A stretch of DNA of 63,146 nucleotides, filler included, from Chiloscyllium plagiosum (Eukaryota), in NCBI RefSeq assembly GCF_004010195.1. It is 4 parts of one record of this genome, joined end to end, with 100 filler letters (N's around TTAATTAATTAA, not from the genome) between each part and the next. Parts side by side here need not be neighbours in the genome. Positions count along the whole stretch, not along the records: positions 1 to 30,116 come from NC_057716.1; positions 30,217 to 37,634 come from NC_057716.1; positions 37,735 to 57,141 come from NC_057716.1; 1 more part is not named here. The stretch is one strand, 5' to 3'. Position 1 is the stretch's first letter, and each line of letters begins with the position of its first letter. The translations under genes were made by a program, and so were the position numbers. The notes under the pieces are model-generated. The model saw only the letters and a list, made by a program, of their open reading frames with translations, searched no databases and was not told where the DNA came from. Shown here one piece after another: positions 26,801 through 38,419 of the stretch.

Positions 26801-28979
26801 CGCACACCCACACCCACATAAACTAGATATTCTTAACATGGTAATCCATTGCCACTAACCTTCCTGTATTTGGTGGCAATATTACACATCTGCAAATCAA
26901 TGCTCCAGTGTAGTAATTATTCTCTACTTAGAAAGTATGTATCTTTTCTCAGGATTTGATCTTAGAGATGCCGTTATTGTTGTCTATCCCTAAGAAGGCA
27001 GTGCTAAAATTCTCTTGCAAATATTACAATCCATGTGATGATGGTGCTCCTACAGAGGCATTTAGAAGGTAATTCCAGGATATCATCCTGATGATATGAA
27101 AGGAACAGTGATGTAGACTAGATCAGAAAGGTATTAGCTTTCAAGAGGATTTGTACTTCTAGTCATAGACTTATTAGCATGGAGGTATACTTACAAATTA
27201 AACTTGATGAGTTGCTGCAGTCCATTCTTTGGTGGTAATTGTCGCAAACACAATGTACTAGTGATGAACAGTAAGTAGAATTACCTGGATTGCTAAAGTC
27301 ACAAGCTCATTCCAGGTTCCATAATCTGTACATGGTGTATTTCACACCTTGAACAGCAAAGGATGGCTAGGCTGTGTACCTTTATTCTTGTAACGTCAGC
27401 TAAAAATACAATGCTGACATCACTGATGATGAAAAGTGAATACATATTTACAAATGCAATGACATATTTACAATGGAGTGTAGTCTATGCCACCTATAGC
27501 CCTCAGAAGATTAACTTCATCCTTTCCCTCCCATTACATCTTGGTGCAGTCCCTAGGTGGAAGGAGCTTGTCCTACAGTGAAGCTTGTTGCCATTGGAGT
27601 TTAGTTGAGTGACTCTGGGGTATTTGTGACTAGAGGGCCCAAAAGTGCTGAATGTGTCTTGCCTGGAGATAGCATCACTCTCCTTAGCTTGAACTTGCAT
27701 AGGCTGAGGGTGGTGGCACACTTCAAGGTGGATGGCTATCCACCAGAACCTTCAGTTCTCTGTTTGCAAAGCAGGAGCTAATCTCCCTCTGTCTGACATG
27801 TCTAACACATTTCCCATGAACCATAAAGGACAGTTCCAGGCTGAAAGTGTTTGACTTGGTGCACAACTACATAAACATGATGCTGGCACCGGGAATCCAA
27901 GGATGTTCCAGCAGTAGTGAGTACTTCTGTCTGTCTGGAGAGAGTATGGATACAATGGGAGATGGGACAGGGGTGTGGTGGATGTGCAGAGGATTGTTGT
28001 GCATAGTTAATGTGGTGAATATCCAAGCAGGCAGTCAGATGCTCACATACCTGATGCAGCACTGTACGAACAGCTTTGGGCAAGTCTTCCAGGCTTTGAG
28101 TCAGTTTGCCCTGTGCCTCCAACAAGCCTTCCTACTGCCCCTGTTTCTGCTTATACATTTCAGTGAAACTCTGATTTGTCAACACGATGGGTCCCTTTCC
28201 TGCCTTAGTCTGAGCCAGTGCCTGGTTTCTGTCAGTCCTCTGAGTTTCAGTGACTTCAATACTTCTTCCTCAGCCAGCTGCAGACACATGGCAGTAATGT
28301 GCTCACCAGCATGTGCTCTATTTGATTCTAACTAAAATACTCACTGAGGTGTCAATATGTGGACTGGTGGCGAGGGCAGGACACAGCCTTGTCAGTGCAT
28401 CCTCTGAGGAATATGAGGTTTCTTCCTTGGAGATAGAGGAGATGATGATGTATGTTGCTGACCTCTTGGCAGCCAAGACCATGCACATGCTGGAGGAATT
28501 AGAGAACAACTGGAGACATCTCAGAATACATTCAGAAGCGGTGGAAATGGGAGAGCAGCACAATAATGGACATTAATCCTGACTTGGTTGCCAGAATATG
28601 GAGGTCTCAGCATCACCACACAAGCAATCACAACCCTCACCGGCCAAGCCAGATCCACTTCTTGTAGGGGGTAATGAGATCAGTCACTCAAATCACCAGG
28701 CACCTATCACCCATCTTGACTCACTTTGTCATATTGAGAGAGGTTTTACTTTGGCCAAAAACTAAGGTGGGGAGATTGAGTGTGATTAATGTTTCTGGCA
28801 CAGTGCTAGTGCAAGTGCAGATGGGGGATTAGTGGTAAGGTATCCTGAGATAGTGGAAAGACAGCACATTGTCTATGCAGGGTTAGGAGGATGGGATGGA
28901 TTGGGGTGGATGAGAGTGAGTGAGGGCACATGTTACATGGAACAATTAAAGTGGTAGACCATGAACTTTAGTGGGAGGT

Positions 28980-29300
28980 GGGTGTGGTCACAGTGATCGA
29001 GTGAGTGTGAGTTATCGGGGATAAGATGGTGGCATTTAACCTAGGAGAGCAGAGAAGATCATTGACCTTCTTCTTGCTTTGCTGAACTTTGATATGGACC
29101 ACAGAGGTGGCACTGACCTGAGTGGAAACCTCAGATCAGGCAGACAGCATCCAGGATCAGTTGGTCCTGAGGGAAGAGGACATCCTTCACCTGCACCACC
29201 CCATCCACTGAACTTTCAGTTCCATGTTTGCTAAGGAGTATGCTATTCTCCCTCTGTATGGCATGCCTAGGACAGTTCCCATGAACTGTTGAGGACAGCT
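28980..29300 (-). mobile_element. PIF/Harbinger-like remnant (Myb/SANT-like ORF)
   Basis: Minus strand gives DVLFPQD...EVSTQVSA...QQSKKKVNDL, the W..V...V.A.....R...QC.KK.NDL trihelix pattern. Confidence 0.45.
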
Positions 29301-29596
29301 TCAGACAGACAGCATTTGACCTGGTACACAACTTCATAAATATGGCACTGGTACTGAGAATCCAGGGACATTCCAGCAATGTTGAGTACTTCTGCCTATG
29401 TGGAGAGAGGATGGATAAAATAAATGGAGGGCCAGAGGAGTGTTGTGCATTGTTAACTATCGCAAATTTGAGCAGAAACCCTCCATAAACATAACAAAGT
29501 TGAAACTGAACTAATATCTAGTAAAATTGAGCCCAACATATTTCTGCTGTTGTTGTGATCTTTTTATGATCCTCAAGATGTTGCAAATTAAAATAC

Positions 29597-30116
29597 ATGA
29601 GAACAGAAGTGAATCAAACAGTCAGGGCAGGCGGGGACGAGGTAGGACTAATAAATTAAACTGCATTTATTTCAATGCAAGGGGCCTAACCAGGAAAGCA
29701 GATGAATTCAGAGCATGGTTAGGAACATGGGACTGGGATATCATAGCGATTACAGAAACATAGCTCAGGGATGGGCAGGACTGGATGCTTAATGTTCCAG
29801 GTTACAAATGCTACAGGAAGGATAGAAAGGGAGGCAAGAGAGGAGGGGGAGTGGTGTTTTTGATAAGGGATAGCATTACAGCTGTGCTGAGGGAGGATAT
29901 TCCTGGAAATACATCCAGGGAAGTTATTTAGGTGGAACTGAGAAATAAGAAAGGGATGATCACCTTATTGGGATTGTATTTTCGACCCCCTAATAGTCAG
30001 AGGGAAATTGAGAAACAAACTTGTAAAGAGATCTCAGCTATCTGTAAGAATAATAGGGTAGTTATGGCCGGGGATTTTAACTGTCCAAACATAGACTGGG
30101 ACTGCCATAGTGTTAA
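29597..30116 (+). mobile_element. CR1 (family A) ORF2 endonuclease fragment, ending at a gap
   Basis: CIYFNARGL, DIIAITET, YFRPP and GDFN APE motifs. Confidence 0.9.
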
Positions 30117-30160
30117 NNNNNNNNNNNNNNNNNNNNNNNNNNNNNNNNNNNNNNNNNNNN

Positions 30161-30172
30161 TTAATTAATTAA
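30161..30172. other. Artificial scaffold linker TTAATTAATTAA inside an N gap (also 37679-37690 and 57186-57197)
   Basis: The identical palindromic 12-mer, with stops in all six frames, is centred in three N runs. Confidence 0.9.
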
Positions 30173-30216
30173 NNNNNNNNNNNNNNNNNNNNNNNNNNNN
30201 NNNNNNNNNNNNNNNN

Positions 30217-30525
30217 ATCTCCTTCCCCACTGACCATCTTCTTCCTAACCTCTCCGCCCCCACCCCCACTCCGGCCTATCACCCTCACCTTAGCACCCTC
30301 ACCTTAACCTCCTTCCACCTATCGCATTTTCAACGCCCCTCCCCCAAGTCACTCCTCCCTACCTTTTACCTTAGCCTACTTGGCACACTTTCCTCATTCC
30401 TGAAGAAGGGCTCATGCCCGAAACATCGATTCTTCTGCTCCTTGGATGCTGCCTGATCTGCTGCGCTTTTCCAGCAACATATTTTCAGCTCTGATCTCCA
30501 GCATCTGCAGTCCTCACTTTCTCCT
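30217..30525 (+). mobile_element. Penelope-like element 3' end with hammerhead motif
   Basis: C-rich tract, then cCTGAAGAaGGGCtcatGCCCGAAAcatc (~30400-30427) and the tail ctgcagtcctcactttctcc. Confidence 0.8.
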
Positions 30526-31191
30526 AACAATTAAATTTTACTTCTCCTCGAGCCAAAGCACACACTCTCCTAGATTATTGTCCTTCCTCAACATCTCTCT
30601 TGAAAAGAAATTAATAACTCTTTGTATTTAAAAGATATTTAGAGCAAGCCAACATGGAATGTATAATTTATGACAATTGATCATGCCAGATACCTTGCCA
30701 AGTTTCATAGAGTAGGTCTTCTCTTCTCTATTACCATTTGTACTTCCTTTGCCTTTACCATCTGTGACATTTGTTCCTCTTCCCTTTCCTCACCAATACC
30801 CAGATCACCCTACCCCCACCATAGTCCACCTTTATCGATAGCATAAAATCCACCTATTTTCCAGCCCCCTTCATTTCCAGAGAAGATATATTCTGGATTT
30901 CATGCATTAACTCTGTTTATCTCTCCACAGCTGCTGCCAGACCTGCTGATTTTTTCCAGCACTTTCTGTTTTTGTTTCAGATCACCAGCATCTACAATAT
31001 TTTATTTTTATTGCTGTAATATAATCTTCATTAGCATTTGTCTATAATTACAACTCAAAACATTTAGATTCATTTCCTGATGTTTGTTAACAAAAGGACT
31101 TTTTCAAGTCATGTTAATTAACATACCTTAAAAACTACTTTTAAATTCTGTACTAAGATGTAATAACATAGTCAGAAGTATGCATTCTTAC

Positions 31192-31437
31192 CTTTAGGTA
31201 GTGCTAGCTCTACATCTGCGCTATTACAGTAGTTTGTGTCACAACAGATGGTTTTTGACACCATTTTCACACTGGCACAGATGAAGGGGTTCCCTGGTGG
31301 AATCATCTGCTGGCGATGCACACAGGTCTTCCACTGTTTTACTGTTCTATCAATAAGAAAGGCAGAAGCCAAGCAAATGCCATCTGTTTCACATGTGTTA
31401 TTTTTATACACACAATTGATGCATAAACATTTCAGGC
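31192..31437 (-). CDS. ACVR1C: Coding exon 2: activin/TGF-beta type I receptor extracellular domain, probably ACVR1C/ALK7
   Basis: tttttttag|GCCTGAAATGT...CCTAAAG|gtaaga, 246 nt, phase 1/1. Translation (G)LKCLCINCVYKNNTCETDGICLASAFLIDRTVKQWKTCVHRQQMIPPGNPFICASVKMVSKTICCDTNYCNSADVELALPK has the 10-Cys pattern and the CCxxxxCN box. GLKC and SKTICC resemble ALK7 (GLKCVC, TKTECC). The family call is near-certain; the paralogue call (ACVR1C vs ACVR1B/TGFBR1) is about 0.65. Confidence 0.9.
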
Positions 31438-31529
31438 CTAAAAAAATGGAAATGAACCAGTGTTAGAATGTGAATACATAAAGAAGGTGACAGAAAAAGG
31501 GAGAAGGGCAAAAGGGAAAGGGGGGGAGG

Positions 31530-31555
31530 GAGAGAGAGAGAGAGAGAGAGAGAGA
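31530..31555. repeat. (GA)n microsatellite within a purine tract
   Basis: Direct read; it is (CT)n on the transcribed strand, ~95 nt upstream of the exon 2 acceptor. Confidence 0.9.
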
Positions 31556-34302
31556 CAAAAAAGGTATCTTGTGACACAATTAAGACAAATTATGCTTCAA
31601 AGGAGTGACTGTCTTTACTCCAGAACTGAAGATGATCAGAGCACACAGAAGTAAAAGAAAAATTAATTCTACACATGTAAAAACAGCCAATTGTCCCTCA
31701 TGGCTTTCCATCTCTACATCATTCAACTTGCGCAACACTGACGGAATCTTTCTAGCCACTAAGTAACTTGGGTACTGGGCAAAAGTTGAAAAATCACATG
31801 TAATCAACAGCAAGGAGTTTTGCGTTGAGAGCAAATAGTTCCATTTTTCAACCAAATATTGAGCAGTGAGTTGAGATTTATGCTTGTGACCAGACAAAGG
31901 CATACTTACTTGCATTAACATTATCTCATCTAGCCTCAATAAAATGCATTTTCTAATTCTCCCACCCACTAGATACGAACTAGACAGTGATAATTCCTGG
32001 CATAAAAGTCAGAACAGTAACCTGGTGACTTCAGTTTACTTCTTTCTCCTCCAGCCTTCCAGGCATCAACACCTCAGGGCATGCTACATGGGCAGCAACC
32101 AAAAATACAGATGTTCAACCAACAAGGCTGCTCAGCATCCTTGACATGTCTGAGTCAATTGACAGGAACCAGGAGGGCCTGCATCTGACAGGTGCATGAC
32201 TGGGCTTTAAAACTGCATCACTCCCAGGATCCTTGGAGGTCCCAGCTGTGGCCAGCACTTCCACCTGCGTCGAGGAGCAGAATATATGTAGACAGGCACT
32301 GAATGAGATACATACATAACGAGATGAATTTATGAAGAAATCATGAGGGTTCATGGAGAGAAACCCTCATCCAAACTCACCAAAACTGACTAGTACTTAA
32401 TTTCAGCCCTGCCCATAATGAGTGCCTTGGTTTTGTTGGCAGGTATTTTGGATATGATAGATTTCTGTCCCTGATGATGACAACTCTCATCACTTTTGTA
32501 TTATCCAGTGTCACTGTTTTCTTTTGTCACTGCTTTATTGTGCAGTTGACTTTCAGACTATTTTGTTTCCCAAAACTATGCTGTTCAAGTCTACGGTCTT
32601 TTAACATATGAATTCTATAGTTATAACTAGATCTTCATATACATTTCATCTTTGTACAAGCTCTGCTCCCTTTCTGGATATCTTGAACTGCTCACATGAT
32701 ATCATGTTCTGATGTTAGCCCCAACTGTATACAGCCCAAATTGAAGAACGTGCATCATTAAACTCTTTAGCTGTAGCGCTGAGAGGTTGTTCTCCTTTGC
32801 TGGTGCAGACTCAAATGCTGTGCATACAAATGACATTCCTGTTCATTCTCAACCAAACAGCACATACAAAAATACAGATACTGTTGTATAAGAACACAAA
32901 GATCTAAAAGCGCTAATATTCAGGAGTGCCTTAAGCACCACGCACAATGATCATGTTAGATAGACTTGAGGAGAGAACAGCTTAGCATCTTGGAGGAATA
33001 ATATCCAACATCCAGATACTCCTTTTAGACCTGGATGGTGTCAAGCTTCTTCAGTGTTCCTGGTGCTGCACCTATCACATAAGTGTGGAATATTCCTTCA
33101 CACACCTAACTTGTTACTTGGAGGTGATGGACAGGATTTGGGGTGCCAGGAGGGCAGGTACTTGCCACTGTATTCCAAGGCATTGAGCTACTTTTGTAGC
33201 CATTGTGTTTATGTGGTGATTGCAGTGGAGTTTGTGGTCAACATTAATTCCAAGGATGTTGATAGTGATGGTAACATTATTGAATGTCAAGGACAAATGG
33301 TTTGATTGTGTCTTATTGGAGATAGTCATTGCCTGGCATTTGTATGGTGCAAATGCTACTGGCCACTTATCACCCCAAGCCTGGATAATGTCCAGATCTT
33401 GTTGCATTTGAACATGGACTGCTTCAATACCAGTAGAGTCATGAATAATGCTGAACATTGTGAAATCATTGGCAAATATACCCAAGTATGACCTTCATCA
33501 TTGATGAAGCAATTGAAGATAGTTGGGCCTAGGACACTACCCTAAGGAATCCTGTAGATATGTCCTATATTTCAAAAAACTGACCTCCAATTACCAAACC
33601 ATTTTTTTTTAAACAGAGAATGGTGGGTGCCTGGAACATGTTGCCAGTGGAAGTGGTAGAGGCAGGCATTATAGCGTCATTTAATATTTATCTAGACAGA
33701 TTCATGAATGGGCAGGGATATAGATCCTTAGAAAATAAACAACAGCGTTAGATAGAGAATCTGGATTGGTTCAGGATTGGAGGGCCGAAGGACCTGTTCC
33801 TGTGCTGTAATTTTTTGTTTTGATACTACATGCCAGGTTTGACTCCAACTCTCATGCCTCTTATATCTACTGATTCCAGGACTGCTAGGGCTCCTTGATG
33901 CCACACTCGATTGAATGCGGCCTTGATGTCAAGGGCTGTCACTCTCAACTCACCTCTGTATTCAGCTCTTTTCTCCCTGTTTAAACTCCGGCTATAATGA
34001 GGTCAGGAGCTAAGTGGCCCTGACGGAACCCAAACTGGGCATCACTGAGCAGGTTATTGCTGAGCAGTTGTTGCTTGATAGCACGGTTGATAACCCCCTC
34101 AATCACTGATGATTGAGAGTATACTGATGGGCTGGTAGTTGGCCAGATTGGATATGTCTTGCTTCTTCTGTACAGGACATATCTGGATAGATGCCAGTGT
34201 TCTAACTGTCTTGGAAAAGCTTGACTAGGTGAGTCCTGGACACATCTTCATTACTCTTGCTGGGATGTTGTCAAGTTCCAAAGTCTTTGAACTGTCCAGT
34301 GC

Positions 34303-34645
34303 CAAAAATGTGTTGCTGGAAAAGCGCAGCAGGTCAGGCAGCATCCAAGGAGCAGGAGAATTGACGTTTCGGGCATGAGCCCTTCTTCAGGAATGTAGGT
34401 AGCGGCGCACGGCTGCAAGCGTGGAGCAGAGGATCCGGAAGGAGGTCTGTTGCTGGAGGCTTCGGATTTGTTGTAGGTACTGGTTGTCCTGGTTGGGTCC
34501 AAATTTTGTTGGTCTGAATGTAGTCCGGAGTCCGTGTGGGGTCAGTCGGTTCCGTAGGCAGGTGCTGAGGAAGGAGATGTGGCTGTGGTAGCAAGTCTGA
34601 GTTTGAGAACATGGCTGAAGAGTACCTGCAGTCCTCACTTTCTCC
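34303..34645 (-). mobile_element. Penelope-derived insert with 12-bp TSD, ORF N-terminal fragment and hammerhead
   Basis: TSD actgtccagtgc at 34291-34302 and 34646-34657; YHSHISFLSTCLRNRLTPHGL resembles a PLE ORF N-terminus. Confidence 0.75.
34363..34390 (-). ncRNA. Minimal type I hammerhead ribozyme motif (intact core)
   Basis: CUGAAGA-A-GGGC-UCAU-GCCC-GAAAC-GUC: CUGANGA box, helix II, GAAA box, palindromic ACGU and a GUC cleavage triplet. Confidence 0.7.
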
Positions 34646-36653
34646 ACTGTCCAGTGCTTTCAATCGTTTTTTGATATCATGTGGATGTGAATCAAATTGA
34701 TAGAAAACTGGTATCTGTGGTGCTGGGGACCACTGGAGGAGGCCAAGATGGATCATCCATTCAGCATTTCTGGTTGAAGATTGCTGTGAATGCTCCAGCC
34801 CTAATGTGTTGGACTCTTCCATCATTGAAGGTGGGATATTTGTGGCATCTCCTCGAATGAGTTAATTGTCCAACAGCATTCATGACGGGATGTGGCAGGA
34901 CTGCAGATCTTAGTTCTGATCCATTGGTTGTGTGATCCCTTAGCTCTATCTTTCACTTACTGCATATGCTGTTTAGTATGCAAGAAGTCCTATTTGGTCA
35001 CATCATCAGGCTGACACCTATGTTTCGGTATGCCTGATACTTCTCCTTGCATGCCCTCCTGCAGGGTCCATTGAGCCAGGATGATCTTTCCAACATGATG
35101 GAAAGGTGAAGGTGGGACTTCATCTCCACAAAGATAGTGTGATGGTCACTGTTACTGACATTGTCATGGATAGAAGCATCTGCAACCAGCAGATTGATAA
35201 AGATGTAGTCAAATCTATATTTCCCGCTTGTTGGCTCCCTCAACACCTGCTGCAGACCCAGTCTAACAGCTATGTCCTTTAGGATCTACCTAGTTCACTT
35301 GGTGTGACATTGAAATCCCCACCCAGAGTACATTTTGCATTGTTGTCACCCTCAGTGCTCCCTCCAAGTGTTGTTTAACATGGATTCATAATTCAAGGGA
35401 GGACGGTATGTGGGAATCAGCAGGAGGTTTCCTTGTCCACGTTTAACCTGAAGCCATGAAACTTCTTGGGGTCTGGAGTCAATGTTAAGAGGACTCCCAG
35501 GGCAACTCCCATCCGAATGTATACCACTGTGCCACCATCTCCGCTGGGTCTGTCCTGTCAGTGGGTCAGGAGATATCCTGGAAGAGTGATGATGGTGTCT
35601 GGAACGTCGTCTGTAAGGTATGATTCTGTGAGTATGATTGTGTCAAGCTGTTACTTGACCAGTCTGTGAGACAGCTCTCCCAATTTTGGCACTGGTCTCC
35701 AATTGTTAGTAAGGAGGACTATGCAGGGTCGACAGGGCTGTTTCTGCTGTTGTCTTTTCCAGTGCATGGGTCAATGCCTGGTGTTCCACTTCTGCCAGCA
35801 CAAATGTTAAGAACTCCTTGGAGAAGAAGAATTAGTTACCCAAAGCAGAGATAGTCTGCATCAACTGGTCATAGTCTATGGAAACAGACCACAGTTGTAA
35901 AATCATACAGCGTATGATGGGGGATAGTCTCCAAATAAACAATAGCAGAAAACGTTCATGTTTTTAGATAACAAAAGAAATTCACTGTATCAAAGTAACT
36001 CTGAGGCATATTAACGATGACTAAAAACTGATGGAGTCAGGGTTCAGCCACACAGACAGCAAACACCAGAACCTTCAAGAATAAAGTTTAAAGCCCCAGT
36101 TGTGAAGGGTATTATAGGCTGGGAATATGACAAGTAAAGTAATACTCACAACTCAGAACAGGCTCAGGAACATTGCAGATCCAAAATTAAAGCAAAAAGG
36201 ATCAAATTAGGAGCCTAAGCAACCATAGTCTAAGTGATGAAGTAAATTAGGAGACCTTAGTTTAGCGACTAAAAAGGTGGGGGATCCTTCATTCTAACTG
36301 AAGGATGCATTTATTAAACTCTGAGGAGCAGGAATCAGCCAAGGATAAGAGTGAAAACGCAATATATATTTTTTAGAAGCAGCAAAGAGCATGAGTTTTT
36401 AATCAAAACGTATTCTATGAAAGCTGCAGGCAATGGGATACATTTAGTAAAACTGTTAATGAAAGGTGAATAATTTATTAGGATTGACTCGTAGGAATCT
36501 GAAGAAAACAGGGAATTCACCATGTTAACCACTAAAGGCATGAATTTACTATTTAGTTGTAAAAGGTGGAAGTTCTCCAGTTTAGCCATAAGAAGATGAG
36601 AATCCTCCACTTTAGCCACGGAATGTTATGACTGCAAAAGGAAAGTTGTTATA

Positions 36654-37895
36654 TAGTCATAGAGATGTACAGCATGGAAACAGACCCTTTGGTCCAACCC
36701 ATCCATGCTGACCAGATATCCCAATCCAATCTAGTCCCACCGACCAGCACCCAGCCCATATCCTTCCAAACCCTTCCTATTTCTATACCCATCCAAATGC
36801 CTCTTAAATGATGCAGTTGTACCAGCCTCCACACTTCCGCTGGTAGCTCATTCCATGCCTGTACCACCCTTTGTGTGAAAACCTTTAGGTCTCTTTTATA
36901 TCTTTCCCCTCTCACACTAAACCTATGCCCTCTAGTTCTGGAATCCCCAATCCCAGGGAAAAGACTTTGCCTATTTACCCTATCCATGCCCCTCATAATT
37001 TTGTAAACCTCTATAAGGTAACCCCTCAGCCTCCGACGCTCCAGGGAAAACAGCTCCCAGCCTGTTCAGCCTCTCCCTATAGCTCAAATCCTCCAACTCT
37101 GGCAACATCCTTGTAAATCTTTTCTAAACCCTTTAAGCTTCACAACATCTTTCCGATAGGAAGGAGACCAGAATTGCATGCAATATTCCAACAGTGGCCT
37201 AACCCATGTCCTGTACAGCCGTAACATGACCTCCCAACTCCTGTACTCAATACTCTGACCAATAAAGGAAAGCATACCAAACGCCGCCTTCACTATCCTA
37301 TCTACCTGCAACTCCACTTTCAAGGAGCTATGAACCTGCACCCCAAGATCTCTTTGTTCAGCAACACTCCCTAGAACCTTACCATTAAGAGTATAAGTCC
37401 TGCTAAGATTTGCTTTCCCAAAATGCAGCACCCCGCATTTATTGAAATTAAACTCCATCTGCCACTTCTCAGCCCATTGGCCTATCTGGTCAAGATCCTA
37501 TCGTAATCTGAGGTAACCCTCTTCGCTGTCCACAACACCTCCAATTTTGGTGTCAACTGCAAACTTACTAACTGTACCTCTTATGCTCGCATCCAAATCA
37601 TTTATGTAAATGACAAAAAATAGAGGACTCAGCANNNNNNNNNNNNNNNNNNNNNNNNNNNNNNNNNNNNNNNNNNNNTTAATTAATTAANNNNNNNNNN
37701 NNNNNNNNNNNNNNNNNNNNNNNNNNNNNNNNNNCTGATTTCCCTCTTAAGTATACTCCTACTGCCTTTATACTCTTCTAAGGATTCATTCGATCTACCC
37801 TGTCTATACCTTACATATGCTTCCTTCTTTTTCTTAACCAAACCCTCAATTTCTTTAGTCATCCTGCATTCCCTATACCTACCAGTCTTTCCTTT
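36654..37895 (-). mobile_element. CR1 (family A), gapped
   Basis: RT C-terminal ORFs 37084-37458 and 36649-36996; tail ctctatgactat. Confidence 0.9.
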
Positions 37896-38419
37896 CATGG
37901 AACGCACTGTCCTGCTCAGGGCTACAAATTCCTTTTACATGGCTAATTGAGGAGCCACTGTTGTATTTTCTTTACCATGGAGGTAATGGGGCAATGTCAC
38001 AAAAAGGGGAAATAATGGGGTGTTTTGATACTGTTGAGATACTCAGGCCCTTTCCATCATCTATCCTGTCAATTTCTGGGTGAGAAGGTACATGGGTGAC
38101 CTTCACAACCTGCCACTAATTAATGACCACATAAGGGCCTTGACCCACTGTCAGCCACTTTTCCAGCAGGAGAGAAAAATGGATGCTTTCCAGATAGGGA
38201 AACCAAGGCAGTCTGCCTGCCATATTGGGGGTGGCCTTCATTTGTCATTATCTGGGAGCATGGATGGGCAAGAGGTAAGAAGAAGGAGGTGACTACTAAA
38301 AACCAGAGGCCTATCCTTGCCATCAAACCTCCACTGCTTATGACTCCCTCCACAGGAACCATCCCAAAAAGTCTCACCATTTCTGTAGTGCATGTCCTTT
38401 GAGAAATCTTCAAATAGAG

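Larger units (their letters stand above)
32990..35790 (-). mobile_element. CR1-clade LINE (family B), decayed, with nested insertions
   Basis: GIFANDFTMF, DKWPVAFAP and SDHHTIFVE motifs. Nested elements: a + strand CR1 tail at ~33610-33820 and a Penelope insert at 34303-34645. Confidence 0.85.

Noticed and set aside
30161..30172. Recurring TTAATTAATTAA islands in N runs (also 37679 and 57186)
   Set aside because: Identical six-frame-stop linker centred in gaps; a scaffolding artefact, not biology.
1..31191. Receptor exon 3 (transmembrane + GS box)
   Set aside because: No SGSGSG-encoding segment with a donor site found by eye; probably beyond the window.
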